Made by a program: the position numbers and the translations under genes. From a virus (Duplodnaviria > Caudoviricetes): a stretch of DNA of 62,122 nucleotides. Numbering within the stretch: position 1 is the stretch's first letter; the number at the start of each line of letters is the position of its first letter. The notes under the pieces were generated by a model. It saw only the letters and a list, made by a program, of their open reading frames with translations, was not told where the DNA came from and ran no database searches. This document shows positions 27,659-38,024 of this stretch, in pieces. The stretch covers positions 1 through 62,122 of the IMG/VR virus record IMGVR_UViG_3300031152_000001. The stretch is one strand, 5' to 3'.

Positions 27659-28165
27659 CTGCTGGTTCTTGGAAGGCGAGACGCTGTTGTCGTCCTGGTT
27701 GCTGACGGGCTCGAAGCCGTCGAAGGGCGACTGCTCCGGCAGGTCGTCCTTGACCGGCTCCGGATCGGGCTGGCTGGCCTGCTCGTCCTCCTGCTGGCGC
27801 ATACGCTCCGCCAGCCGCACCCACAGCATCGCCTGCGTCTGGCGGATGGTGACCTCGGAGTCCGGGCGCTGCTTAACGATCGAGTTGTGGGCCGACGCCG
27901 TTGCGGCGATCGAGAGGTCCAGCGCGGCTTTGGAGTCGATCGCGTCCAGCATCGGCTGATCGATCAGGATGTTGCGCGCGTCGTCCTCCTCGGTCTCTCC
28001 GGTCTCCGCGCCGTGCAGCGGGCAGCCCTCCGCGCCGCAGTCCGGCACACCGAGGTTGTTGGCCAGCTTCTGGGCCATCTTGCGTGCCTTCTTCTTGCTG
28101 TCCGGCGAACCCAGCTCGCTCTCCAGGAAGTCGAAGAACTCCGTCAGACTCAGAACCTTCATCAC
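27656..28165 (-). CDS. Hypothetical protein
   Basis: 169 aa, CGAEGCPLH motif; SAS variant upstream. Confidence 0.65.
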   Translation of the reverse strand: MMKVLSLTEFFDFLESELGSPDSKKKARKMAQKLANNLGVPDCGAEGCPLHGAETGETEEDDARNILIDQPMLDAIDSKAALDLSIAATASAHNSIVKQRPDSEVTIRQTQAMLWVRLAERMRQQEDEQASQPDPEPVKDDLPEQSPFDGFEPVSNQDDNSVSPSKNQQ

Positions 28166-28232
28166 TGGGTGGTCCCCTTCGTTGTTTTCTATGTTGAGTA
28201 AAGCTTCGTGTAGCCCGTGCTATTGCCGCTAG

Positions 28233-28712
28233 TCAGTTCGCCGACAGAGCCGGAATTGTCACGCCGACCGATGCACATCCACCAGTCAGCCCGGCGTAAG
28301 CGGCCGAGATTCCGCCCACGTACGCCAGAGCCTCGAAGCCAGGATCCTCGCCCAGAGCCTGGACCTGGGAGACGAGATCCACCAACCGGACGCCGTTCCC
28401 GCGGATGTCCTCGTAGCGCGAGTCCGCGAACACGTCACGCACCGTCTTGTACTGCTTAGGGGTCATCCGCTCGGAGGTCTTGGGAGCGCCGGTCAGGGTC
28501 CCCTTCTTTGCGATGGCCTCACAGGCGGCTAGCCCGGAGTCTTTGCCGATGAACGGCACCGCGGCCGAGATCAGGTTGGTCCGCTGGAGCACGAACCCTG
28601 CCAGAAAGATGGCAGCGGCGAGCCAGGCGCTCAGAAGGACAATTGCGATCGGGTGCCTACGGGCGAAGCTCGTGGGGTTGGACGGCTGTGTCAGGAAGTA
28701 GTCGGGCTGCAT
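28233..28712 (-). CDS. Membrane-anchored protein with Cys pair
   Basis: N-terminal TM; ACE...GGC. Confidence 0.65.
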   Translation of the reverse strand: MQPDYFLTQPSNPTSFARRHPIAIVLLSAWLAAAIFLAGFVLQRTNLISAAVPFIGKDSGLAACEAIAKKGTLTGAPKTSERMTPKQYKTVRDVFADSRYEDIRGNGVRLVDLVSQVQALGEDPGFEALAYVGGISAAYAGLTGGCASVGVTIPALSAN

Positions 28713-28773
28713 TGGGTTCTCCCACCCTCATTGGAATCTGGTACCAAGGATGGGCCCTACCGCATTGTTGCCG

Positions 28774-29067
28774 CTATCCCTCGATCGCAAAAGGTTGTGA
28801 GCCGTCCATCAACCTCGGGTTGCCCGGCTCGGTCGCGTCGATGACCGGCTCGCTGTAGTCGTCCCGTAGCACCACCCGGATATCGGTCACCTTCGGCCCC
28901 AGCGCCTCCAGGTCCTCCAGCTCCAGCATCTCTGCGTCGTGGCCGACCGGCTGGGCCGCGCCGAACACTCCGGCTAGCACCCAGTGGTTGCCGTTCTTGT
29001 CGATGATGCCGAGGATCCCGGTTGTGGCGCGCTTCTGCGGTACCGAGATCGGTTCACGGTGCGACAT
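28774..29067 (-). CDS. Hypothetical protein
   Basis: Probable start MSHREP with GGAGGAG RBS. Confidence 0.55.
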   Translation of the reverse strand: MSHREPISVPQKRATTGILGIIDKNGNHWVLAGVFGAAQPVGHDAEMLELEDLEALGPKVTDIRVVLRDDYSEPVIDATEPGNPRLMDGSQPFAIEG

Positions 29068-29377
29068 CGATGGTCTCCTCCGGATTAGCCGCCTCCAGGA
29101 TGAAGAGGTCCACCAGCCGCTCGCCGGTCCAATCCGGATCCGCCAGCGTCTCGGCGGGCTGGCCATCCATCCAGTGGTAGAAGGCGAGCAGCAGTGCACG
29201 CGCGGCCGGAGCCAGCTGCTTCGGCATGGAGACCGCAGGCCTACGCCGGGCAGTGTCCGGCCGGAACACCGAGAGGTCCAGCGCGGGCCGACTCGGCAAC
29301 GGGCGGAGCGCGGGCATGCACCCGCCGCACATGTGCTCTCTACAGTCCGGGAAGTGCATCCCGGGTTGAATCATCAT
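29054..29377 (-). CDS. Hypothetical protein
   Basis: HFPDC..MCGGC N-terminus. Confidence 0.45.
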   Translation of the reverse strand: MMIQPGMHFPDCREHMCGGCMPALRPLPSRPALDLSVFRPDTARRRPAVSMPKQLAPAARALLLAFYHWMDGQPAETLADPDWTGERLVDLFILEAANPEETIDVAP

Positions 29378-29468
29378 CGCAATACCGCCTTGATCACACG
29401 GACAAACAGGCGGACGCTGAGGCTCAGCAAACCGAACCCCAGCGCCCATAGCAACCAACTCAGAGTCC

Positions 29469-29624
29469 TCATGCCTCCGATTGTGCAACGCGCCGCTCTG
29501 GTGCCGCTAGCAGATGCGCCATGTACAGATCGACCTTCGCATCGGCTGCCTGCGGCGAGTGCCCGCGCCAGCGGAGGTAGTCCCGGATGGCCTTGCGCTC
29601 GATCGCGGTGAGCTCACGGCTCAT
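29469..29624 (-). CDS. Small hypothetical protein (51 aa)
   Basis: MSRELTAIERKAIRDYLRW..., GGAGG RBS. Confidence 0.5.
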   Translation of the reverse strand: MSRELTAIERKAIRDYLRWRGHSPQAADAKVDLYMAHLLAAPERRVAQSEA

Positions 29625-29832
29625 TGGGTAGACCTCCGCTGAAGTAGCAGATACCCGGGGTCCGGAGCGCGACCCACCTGCCGTCGCCGCACTCCATGAT
29701 CGGAAGGCCGTGCGGCTCCGGCGAGATGGCCGGAGCCGGTCCTGCCGAGTACACCGCTAGTCCGGCCCCCAGAAAGGCGATCGGCAGGAGGAGGGACACA
29801 ACGAGACCCACTCGCGCCCTACTCCGGCTCAC
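29614..29832 (-). CDS. Small membrane/secreted protein
   Basis: N-terminal TM, two Cys. Confidence 0.5.
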   Translation of the reverse strand: MSRSRARVGLVVSLLLPIAFLGAGLAVYSAGPAPAISPEPHGLPIMECGDGRWVALRTPGICYFSGGLPNEP

Positions 29833-30052
29833 CGGCGCTCTCCTCGATCCCGTACGTGTTGTTGGGGAACCGCACCAGGACCGCTCCGGCGTGCAGCTCC
29901 ACCGGGATGTCGTCCGGGCCGAGCTTCACGAAGAACGGCTCACCCGGGTCCACAAAGGTCTCGCGCTGCCAGTTCTGGATCCGGATCCGCGACTCCGGCG
30001 TGCCGTCGTAGGTCATCTCTCCGCCCACGGACTGCGCTGTCGGCTGTGCCAT
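29819..30052 (-). CDS. Hypothetical protein
   Basis: 77 aa, GGAGG RBS. Confidence 0.5.
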   Translation of the reverse strand: MAQPTAQSVGGEMTYDGTPESRIRIQNWQRETFVDPGEPFFVKLGPDDIPVELHAGAVLVRFPNNTYGIEESAGEPE

Positions 30053-30988
30053 TGAATGCCTCCATCATCTCTTGGATATCGGCGAGCGTAACGATCGGGT
30101 GCGTTATGCCGCGAGAGGCAGTGCGGCACTCCTCAAGCGCCGCATCCACCTCCGCGCCATTCGTGAACGTCAGCTCCGGGCAGGAGCACAGCGGGTGCCG
30201 GTTCCCCCAAGCGCTCTTACACACGCTGCGCTCGCCTGGCGATTGCGCGCCGCTCGGCCCTCGACATCGAGCGCCACTTGTCCTCGGCGATCCCGCCAAC
30301 CGGGAGTGCATCGGCGCGCCCCGAGGTCGGTCGTGTCAGATCGATCTGCTGCACCAGCGCCCCGTCGTGCGTACAGTCCGGGTGCGTACAGTCTTGTCCT
30401 GCGCACTCACTCATGGAACCCTCCAGCCTCTCGCACTCGTATGTGTTGGCGTTGCATCCGGAGACCAGTACGCAATCGGTCTCCACACCGAATGACGATC
30501 CAGCCCAATCGACAACCAGCCACCGCGCCATTCGATGTCCAGCTGTGTTCGCTTGTGCCATCGGAACAGATGCATCTTCATCGCATCACATCCCTGAAGA
30601 ACCAACGTAGCCAGACCATCATGCCTGCGATCCCGAGGAGCACGCCGCCCAGTACCGCGCCGAGCGTCTTCACCGGACGTGTCCCTTGCGGTCGTACTTG
30701 GGGTGCAGACCGAGGTCCAGCCGCCAGCCCGCGACAACCTCGCGGATGAACTTCCGTCCCGCGGTCCGGCGGTTGTAGCCGTCACGGCGCGCCGACCGGT
30801 ACGTGTAGCGCCAATCTGACTTGATGCTCACTTCAGGAACTCCGATAGGTCAACAATCTTGAACTGGATCCTCTGATCCAAATCCAGGTGAATCTTGGCG
30901 TGCTTGGGGGACAGCGTCCGCAGCACGACGCACCCACACCAAGTGCAGATGCCGAAAAGATCTATCAATCGCTTAAGTAACGCGGCAC

Positions 30989-31210
30989 TCATGACCGGTT
31001 CTCCTTTGGTTCATGCCCGGCGCAGCAGACCGGGCTGTTGGGGATCAACGGCGCCGTGTCCGCTGACTCGGGGTAGACGATGCTGCGCGCGGCGGCTATC
31101 TCCTCTTGTGTTGGTAGCTTCTCGATCCTGGTGATGATGACCTGTCGGTGGATTGGGGCAATCTGCTCCTCCTCACGAACCAGCTGGATAATGCGATCGA
31201 TGTCACGCAC
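30989..31210 (-). CDS. Hypothetical protein
   Basis: 73 aa overlapping neighbours. Confidence 0.45.
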   Translation of the reverse strand: MRDIDRIIQLVREEEQIAPIHRQVIITRIEKLPTQEEIAAARSIVYPESADTAPLIPNSPVCCAGHEPKENRS

Positions 31211-31436
31211 GGTCTGCCTCGGTCTCTCCGGGCAGCAGCCGGGGCACTGGAGTGGTCGTCGGATCCCGCTCTACATCGCCACCAGACCCATCGAAAGTCT
31301 TCGGCAACGAGTAGATCTCAGCCAGTTGCTGATGCTCCGGCATTGACCTTGCAGCCCTCGAAATCGGATCGATGAAGCCCTCACCAAGACCAAACTCGGA
31401 TTCGTCCACAGAATCTGCATCATGCTTGTCTGACAT
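31203..31436 (-). CDS. Hypothetical acidic protein
   Basis: 77 aa, GGAGAGG RBS. Confidence 0.45.
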   Translation of the reverse strand: MSDKHDADSVDESEFGLGEGFIDPISRAARSMPEHQQLAEIYSLPKTFDGSGGDVERDPTTTPVPRLLPGETEADRA

Positions 31437-31494
31437 TTGTAATCACCCTCTCCAATCGTCTTAGCAATTCCCCGGAGTAAATGGATACCGGCGC

Positions 31495-31780
31495 TATCCG
31501 TAGCTGGGTAGCTGAGTTTCGGGTTGCACATAGCCCTCTACGTAACGTAACGACGATAACCAGGGTATGTCTCGTAAGGAACCTATCTATCTATCTAAAC
31601 CCAGCTACTCAGCTACTACTACTACTCTAAAAGTGCTTCTACCAGGGATTTCATTGGTAGCTGGGTTCGTCCGGAAACCCAGCTCGAACCCAGCGACCGA
31701 CTCAGCTACGCCGTTCATATTAGATCTTGTAAACCCCGGGATATCTCCGGCGTAGCTGAGTTCGGTAGCTGGGTTCGTGG
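31495..31780. repeat. Iteron-like repeats (AGCTG(G/A)GT), putative replication origin
   Basis: About nine copies in both orientations around AT-richer CTAT/CTA tracts, directly downstream of primase-helicase. Confidence 0.6.
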
Positions 31781-31783
31781 GCC

Positions 31784-34261
31784 TCACCCCGCTACGCCCA
31801 CGATCTTTGCCCAACCGGGACGGAGCCTGATACCGACCCGTAGCCGGACCGGTTTCCCCTCCACTCGGAAGATCTCCTTCGGGTACGCCTCCGTAATCTC
31901 CCGGCCGAATTTCGTCCCACTCAAGATGTCCTTTGCCTGTACCCCGTTCTCGCCGCACCAAAGCTGATACGCCTTATAGAGCGAGTTGGGGGAGATCCGA
32001 TACGCCGGATCATCCTTCTCGCCGAACTCGGCAATCTCCTCCAGGCAGGTCGCCAGGTCTGAGATCTCATTCCAGAACTTCAGGTTAGCGCCAACAGCCG
32101 GAGACGGGATCGACTGGACCGAGTCGGGATCGGCTAGGTAGGCGGCATAGCCCTCAACGAGCCACGTGAGGATCCCCTGCCGACCCTCAGCCGACCGGAG
32201 CCGGTCAGCGAACCCGGCATCCTCCTCCGTCTTCGGAATCTCCACCCCAAAGGGCACCACGAGGATCCGGCGCCGGAGCGCGCGGTCAGCCCCCTCAATC
32301 GTGGGCGGACTGTTCGTCACGAGCCACGGCGTGAACCGCGGGACCATATCGACATAGACCTTGGCCTGTAGGGTCCGAGCCGTGATGGGGGCTCCGCCAG
32401 TAAGCCGCTTGATCTGGTCCGGGTGTAGGTGCCAGGATCGGCTTGCCTCCTCCGCGTAGACAAAGCGCTTAGGCAGCACCCGAATGAGGTCCGGTCGTGG
32501 CTTCTCGTCCTGGTTGTCGCGGAAGATCGTCATGTTGGCGGATCCGCCGTACTCCCCCAGCGCAGCCGAGATCGACTCCGCAAAGGTGGTCTTCCCAGTC
32601 GAGGTCTCACCCATGGCCACGATCATCAAGCGGCGAGGATTGCGACCCAGGAGGGAATACCCAGCCAGCTTCTGCAGCCAAGCGCGGATCTCAGGATCCG
32701 GTTGGAAACGGTCTAGGAACTTGTTCCAGTCCGGCGAGACTGCCCCGGCTACGTAGTCGGTGCCGGTCTGGATGGTGTTGTAGTGCTCCTGCAACGACGG
32801 CATCCGCCGGACGGCACTGCCGCTGAACTCAATCGGCAGGTCGACGGTGCCATTCGAGCAGACCAGGTGCGTAGCAGTCGCATCGAACGTTTCCGCAGCT
32901 ACCGTGATGCCCTTGTTGTCGCGGCCGAGACTGAGCATTGAGTTCAGTTTGGCCTCGTTAGAGGAGGTCCGGATGAACTTCCGGAATGCAGACTGCTCCT
33001 TGGGGTCTTCGATGAATCCAATCTCCCGCTCCATCCCGCGGACTGTCTTGATAGCCATCCGGCGGATCTCGCCGGAGTGGTCCTGCTCCCAAACCCTTCC
33101 GTTCCAAACCAGCCATGTCCCGAGAGCTGGGACCCAGCGCACTGAGTCCCGCCACTCCAGCGCAAACCTGGCGCCGTTCCCGATGTCGTCCCGTGAGAAG
33201 TCCATCCCCTCGGAACCGCGGTTGCGCTTGGTGCCCTGCCGGGAGACCGCCGACAAGGCGCAGGGGTCATCCTCATCCGTCGGCCCCTCCGCCGCAACCT
33301 TCAGGACGCCGCGTGCCTTGATAGACGCCCACTCGGCTGCGGCCTTCTCGGGCCGCCGGTTCCGCAGCGCCTCCGCGTGCGCCAGCATCACCTTCCGGAG
33401 CGCCGTCTGGACGCCTGCGTGCCCGCCCGCGGAGTCCCGGAGTAGCGCCCAAGCGGCATCCCGGGCAGCGTCGTGTGCGCCTCCATCTTCCCCGGCAGCG
33501 CTGATCTTCGACATCCACATATCGAGCGTCCGCTGTAGCTTCTCGCACGGCGGTCCGTCTGGCCGGTCCAGAATCCAGGCAGCGACCTCCTTGGGGTCCA
33601 GGTCTGCCTCTTCGCGCTCTTGCCACGCCTTCCCCGCGGTCAGCCCTTCGACCCAGGTAGTTGGCATAGCCGGAATGTCTTCCAGCGCTGGGAATTCCCA
33701 GGTCCCATCCTGCACCGCGGAGCCGGTGGCGTTGTTACCGCCCGGCGTCCACCAGTGGTACTGCTGTCCGGTCTCGTCGTGGATCGACGGCGCCACGATG
33801 ATGTAGCGGTGGTCCCAGCGACACAGCTCTACCCCACCGCCCTGCGGCAGCTTTCCGGGCCACGACAGGCCCTCCGGGATCCGGTACAGCCGGATGCCCG
33901 AGACGCCATCCGTCCGTGACGTGGTCCGCCAGGTCGGTGGGAGCGCGCCCCAGGCATTCTCCGCTGCAGCAAACGTCGCCGCTCCGGCTTTGTCCCCGTA
34001 GTTGTCTACGTCGATGCCGAGGAGCGTCGGCGGCATCCGGAGACAGATGTTGCCGTCCCCCTTGCGGTTGATCCACGACTCAACCGAACTCGCTTCTGCC
34101 TGCCTGCCTTTCTGCCCGGTGTAGCCGACTGGCGGGGACGACTTCTGCCCGGGCGGAAGCGGGAGCGGTGACCAGCCCGCGCTGAAGTACTGCCGTGCCG
34201 AGAACTCATACGGGCGCACTGCGTCCGGTACGGCGGACAGGTGCCGCCGCTTAGCGGTCAC
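31784..34261 (-). CDS. Bifunctional primase-polymerase / SF3 (D5/P4-like) helicase
   Basis: GWSPLPL...IDVD prim-pol; DIGNGARF D5_N; GETSTGKTT; IKRLTGG; RRILVVPF. Confidence 0.92.
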   Translation of the reverse strand: MTAKRRHLSAVPDAVRPYEFSARQYFSAGWSPLPLPPGQKSSPPVGYTGQKGRQAEASSVESWINRKGDGNICLRMPPTLLGIDVDNYGDKAGAATFAAAENAWGALPPTWRTTSRTDGVSGIRLYRIPEGLSWPGKLPQGGGVELCRWDHRYIIVAPSIHDETGQQYHWWTPGGNNATGSAVQDGTWEFPALEDIPAMPTTWVEGLTAGKAWQEREEADLDPKEVAAWILDRPDGPPCEKLQRTLDMWMSKISAAGEDGGAHDAARDAAWALLRDSAGGHAGVQTALRKVMLAHAEALRNRRPEKAAAEWASIKARGVLKVAAEGPTDEDDPCALSAVSRQGTKRNRGSEGMDFSRDDIGNGARFALEWRDSVRWVPALGTWLVWNGRVWEQDHSGEIRRMAIKTVRGMEREIGFIEDPKEQSAFRKFIRTSSNEAKLNSMLSLGRDNKGITVAAETFDATATHLVCSNGTVDLPIEFSGSAVRRMPSLQEHYNTIQTGTDYVAGAVSPDWNKFLDRFQPDPEIRAWLQKLAGYSLLGRNPRRLMIVAMGETSTGKTTFAESISAALGEYGGSANMTIFRDNQDEKPRPDLIRVLPKRFVYAEEASRSWHLHPDQIKRLTGGAPITARTLQAKVYVDMVPRFTPWLVTNSPPTIEGADRALRRRILVVPFGVEIPKTEEDAGFADRLRSAEGRQGILTWLVEGYAAYLADPDSVQSIPSPAVGANLKFWNEISDLATCLEEIAEFGEKDDPAYRISPNSLYKAYQLWCGENGVQAKDILSGTKFGREITEAYPKEIFRVEGKPVRLRVGIRLRPGWAKIVGVAG

Positions 34262-34464
34262 GCCCGGCTCCGCTTACGCCACGCGGGCCAACCGGTAACA
34301 ATCAGCTCACGCCATATGTCTGCTTCCTTGCAACTCCTCGCAAGCGCTTCCGCCTTCACCGCCTCAGCTATCTCGCCTGGAACATGGGCTTGCATCTTTG
34401 GACCAATTGGCGGCCGTCCAAGCCGCCTTTGCCTTCTAGCCGTACGCATAACAGAAGTTGCCAT
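34258..34464 (-). CDS. Ribbon-helix-helix-like DNA-binding protein
   Basis: GRPPIG...VPGEIAEAVKAEA...ADIWRELI. Confidence 0.6.
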   Translation of the reverse strand: MATSVMRTARRQRRLGRPPIGPKMQAHVPGEIAEAVKAEALARSCKEADIWRELIVTGWPAWRKRSRA

Positions 34465-34501
34465 TTGACTATCCGATCCGATAAAGCGAGGGACTAGAAC
34501 C

Positions 34502-35053
34502 CTACCTCCGGCGCCCGGCCATGACGGCGCGCTCCTTCTGGCGCCTGATGAATGTGATCCCGTGCTTGGCGGCATCCCGCGCGTGCTCTTTGCCCGGGAT
34601 CCAGAATCCCAGAGCCTTCTGCCTGTCATCAGTGACAGTGCTCATGGCTAGATTGCTGTTCTGCTTCACCCAATACCTTGGGCGACAGACGTACCGGATG
34701 ATCGCATTGATCTCTACCGGATCCAGCTCTGCGTTCAGCTGGCGTAGCTTGAAGTCCTCCGTCACCAGCCGGGCCGACGGCCAGGAGTTCACCAGTTCCA
34801 CAATCGCGTCAACCTGGTTGTCCTGCACACCGGTGAACTCTCCGGCGCTCCAGAACATTACATTGCCGTACTCCCCGAACGGGTGCATGTCCGGGTCCCC
34901 GGTCATGGCGTCCGGGTGGATCCCGATCACGCACCAGCCGGTCGTCCCGCCAGGATCGAGCGCCAGCACGGTGTACGACATCTCCGGTTCGTCGCCGCCC
35001 CAGATTCGCTCCACCAACCCGGGCTCTTCCCAGCTTTCATTCATAACAGGCAT
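34502..35053 (-). CDS. RuvC-like Holliday junction resolvase
   Basis: LALDPGGTTGW, VTEDF, HARDA. Confidence 0.75.
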   Translation of the reverse strand: MPVMNESWEEPGLVERIWGGDEPEMSYTVLALDPGGTTGWCVIGIHPDAMTGDPDMHPFGEYGNVMFWSAGEFTGVQDNQVDAIVELVNSWPSARLVTEDFKLRQLNAELDPVEINAIIRYVCRPRYWVKQNSNLAMSTVTDDRQKALGFWIPGKEHARDAAKHGITFIRRQKERAVMAGRRR

Positions 35054-35076
35054 TCCGCAACCCTCCCCCAAATTGA

Positions 35077-35530
35077 CTAGCTGAACAGGTGACCCAGACG
35101 GAGCCACAGATACCAACCGGCGAGCCCCAGCACCGAGAGCAACACCACCAACAGGAACACAAGCCCGAACGGGAACCCAATCTTGCGGTCCCGGTAGGCC
35201 CACTCGTCCGGGTGCTCGATATTCCGGCGGAGCACACCCTCGATCTCGGCCGCACGCTCCCCGGTGGCCACCTGCTCCTGGGGGTTCGTGCGCGGGCCGT
35301 ACTTCCACTCGTCCCAGTCCGGCCCACTCCCCAGATCTGAACAGCCGTGGCCGCGAGACGGCTCCGGCGGCAACTCGCGGAACTTGACCGGCTGCGGCAC
35401 CAACATCGAGGTCCCGTCACCGAAGTCGATCTCAGCCCGGGTCATCTTGATCGGTTCGTCGCTGCCCCAACTCTTCAATTCAAATTCCTCCGGCCGCTCC
35501 TGGCCATCCTGCTCTTCAGAAGAACTCATC
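35077..35530 (-). CDS. Hypothetical protein with C-terminal TM
   Basis: MSSSEEQ start with GGAGGTG RBS. Confidence 0.55.
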
Positions 35531-35651
35531 CCACACCTCCGTAGCCAATCCCAGCAGAACTGCCAGGAGAACCAAAATGAGAGCACTTGCACCGACAACA
35601 ACGCCCAGCCGCCACCCTCGGTTGAAGGAGGGGCTGGGCGCTGCCCGGCGC

Positions 35652-35911
35652 CTAAACCGGGTGGGGGTCACCGGCCGTCGGCACTTGCGATCGGACCGAA
35701 TCCTGGTGCGTCACGAGCATCCGGATCGCCCGGCTGACCGCGTCCTCCTCATCGGCAGCGCTGACGACCAAGCGGAGCCTATCGATCACTCGCCGTTCGG
35801 TCAGGACCATCACCCCGCCCAGCCCCTTGGACGTGTAACCCTTGTCATCGGTGACCGGGTGCGGCTCGATGGTCTGCTTGACCTCCACCACCACCGTGAA
35901 ATGCTGTTCCA
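35652..35911 (-). CDS. Hypothetical protein
   Basis: Probable GTG start (EQHFTVVVEV) after GAGGAGG. Confidence 0.5.
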
Positions 35912-36054
35912 CTAGCGCCTCCTCTTTCGCTGGCCTGGCGGACGCCTGTTCCACCAGCCCTCCATCGTGATCGGGTAGTCGATCCGCCAGACGTACACCC
36001 GACAGTGTGTATCGCGGTGTCCGGCCCCGGGTTGCGCCCGGGGCCAGATCACTC

Positions 36055-36306
36055 TTACTCCCACGGGCTCCTGCCACGCCAGGTGTCGTACGCCAGCCGG
36101 GGCAAGGCATAGAACAGCACAGCGAGGAGCAGGAACGGCATTGCTACGATGGTCTTTTTCTTACCGCATCCACCCGGCGACTTTCCGCCACCGTGGCTGG
36201 TGCCTCCTGTGTATCCGGTTGTGCCCCCTCCGCCAGCGCGGAGAGGTCTGGTGTTGCCGGTGTTGCTCCTCCGTTGCCTGTTTCCGGGACTTCCACCTCT
36301 TGCCAT
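36055..36306 (-). CDS. Gly-rich small membrane protein
   Basis: 83 aa, C-terminal TM. Confidence 0.5.
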   Translation of the reverse strand: MARGGSPGNRQRRSNTGNTRPLRAGGGGTTGYTGGTSHGGGKSPGGCGKKKTIVAMPFLLLAVLFYALPRLAYDTWRGRSPWE

Positions 36307-36476
36307 TCCAACTCCTCGCTAGTTCTTCAGGTTGGGGTCGGATCCGTCTGTGAAGGAATCAATGAACACACGGAACCATTCGATGATGTCCCGCATGAAG
36401 TGCGCCAGCAGTACTGGCCCCAGTACCATGCAGATGCCTATGATTGCGCACCAAAGGAAGAACTTGTTCATGGGGC

Positions 36477-37673
36477 TCATGACCGCGCTGCCCCCGGGTT
36501 CGCCATCCACTCCCAATCGGCGATGGGCGGAACGGTCTCCACACCACCGTGTGCGGAAGCGCCGGTGTAGCCGTTGCCCCACTCAGAGGAGGGCACACCG
36601 GCCGCAGCGAATGCGTCGACGCGCGGGCGGATCGAGCAGGACCGGTCGAACTTGGCCATGAACCCGCACTGCCCCGTCTGGTAGCACACCGGCCGGAGCC
36701 GGTCCGCGATCTCGCGGAACTGCCACAGGTCCGTTGCTTCGTCCCTCCAGGTACCACCGTCCTGGTACTCCGGCCCAAGCCCGTACTCCCGCAGAGCCTG
36801 CGCCATACCGGCGAAGATCAGGCGCCACGGGAACTGCGCCTGCGTGCAGGTCCGCTTACCGGCCTCCGTCAGGAGCGTCCGCAGATCCAGTACCCAGTGG
36901 ATCCGCGTCGGCATGTCATGCGGCAGCACGCCGCGCGCCTCCTCCGCGGGCATCCCGAGATTGATCAGACGCTCATACGCGTTCTGCGAATTGATCATGG
37001 CGTCCTCCCAAGCGTCCAGCATGTCGATGCGAAGGTTCGACATTTCAGCACCGAGGTAGCCCTTACCGATCCCTTCCTGTATCAATTGGTCACGCTCTTG
37101 ACGTGCTCCGGCGATGCTCGGAGGCAGCGGGATCTCCTCGGCCCATTCGCCTTCTGGCACAGCGAACCGCAGCGACTCCTGCGCGAAGAACGAGGCGCGC
37201 GACCGAACCATCTGGTGCGTGATCGAACGGGTCACCCCCTCGATCTGGAAGTGGAACTGCGCCGCTTCCAGCGGGCCGTTGAGGACGGTGGATGCCATGT
37301 CATCGAGGCAGGCGCGCCGCTGCTCGTCGGTGACATCACCCAGCGAGCGGATGACGTTTCCCTTGTACTGCTCGCATAGCGCTGCGATCGACCCCAGGGG
37401 ATCCGGCGTCGCGTTGAGCAGCCGCACACGGATCTGGCCACGCTGCTCGGCCGGGATCGCCGGACGGGCGTACTGTGCCGCGTCAGCCATCCGCACCAGA
37501 GACGTTCCGAACTCACCAACTGGCGGCATCACGCCGTCCGCCTCCTCCAGGGCTGCTGCCTCAGGTGAGGTCGGCTTGCCTCGCAACCCAGAGTTGGAAC
37601 CGCTACGGTGCTCGTCCTGGCCGCCGGTGAAGTCAGCCGACTCCCACATGCCGGGCAGCTCCGTGTCGCTCAT
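36477..37673 (-). CDS. thyX: Flavin-dependent thymidylate synthase, divergent
   Basis: RSITHQMVRSR, AQESLR, EEARGVLP. Confidence 0.85.
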   Translation of the reverse strand: MSDTELPGMWESADFTGGQDEHRSGSNSGLRGKPTSPEAAALEEADGVMPPVGEFGTSLVRMADAAQYARPAIPAEQRGQIRVRLLNATPDPLGSIAALCEQYKGNVIRSLGDVTDEQRRACLDDMASTVLNGPLEAAQFHFQIEGVTRSITHQMVRSRASFFAQESLRFAVPEGEWAEEIPLPPSIAGARQERDQLIQEGIGKGYLGAEMSNLRIDMLDAWEDAMINSQNAYERLINLGMPAEEARGVLPHDMPTRIHWVLDLRTLLTEAGKRTCTQAQFPWRLIFAGMAQALREYGLGPEYQDGGTWRDEATDLWQFREIADRLRPVCYQTGQCGFMAKFDRSCSIRPRVDAFAAAGVPSSEWGNGYTGASAHGGVETVPPIADWEWMANPGAARS

Positions 37674-37803
37674 TCGTACACTCCTGCCTGCTTGCGTTTG
37701 ATGTCGTCCTCACGGTTCTTGTCGACGATCGCGGAATGCGCGAGAAGGGCCAGCAGCATCGCCAGCATCATGAGGACCGAGATCTGCCCTACCAGGATCC
37801 AGC

Positions 37804-37965
37804 TCATTTGATCTTCTTCATCCTTCCCTTGACCTTCACCTTGGAGTCCGATCCCTTCGGCGCGTGCTTGATGGTGCCGTTGCTGACGTTGTAGCTCGCA
37901 CCGGACGGACCCTTCTTGCCCGGCTTGAGCACGACCTTGACCATCTTCACTACCCAGCTACCCAT
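37804..37965 (-). CDS. Small Lys-rich protein
   Basis: MGSWVVKMVK...KGRMKKIK with GGAGAGG RBS. Confidence 0.5.
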   Translation of the reverse strand: MGSWVVKMVKVVLKPGKKGPSGASYNVSNGTIKHAPKGSDSKVKVKGRMKKIK

Positions 37966-38024
37966 TCCGCAACCTCTCCAATAGAAGGGACTGCCCCGGA
38001 GCCCGGAGCAGCCCCAGAACTGCC

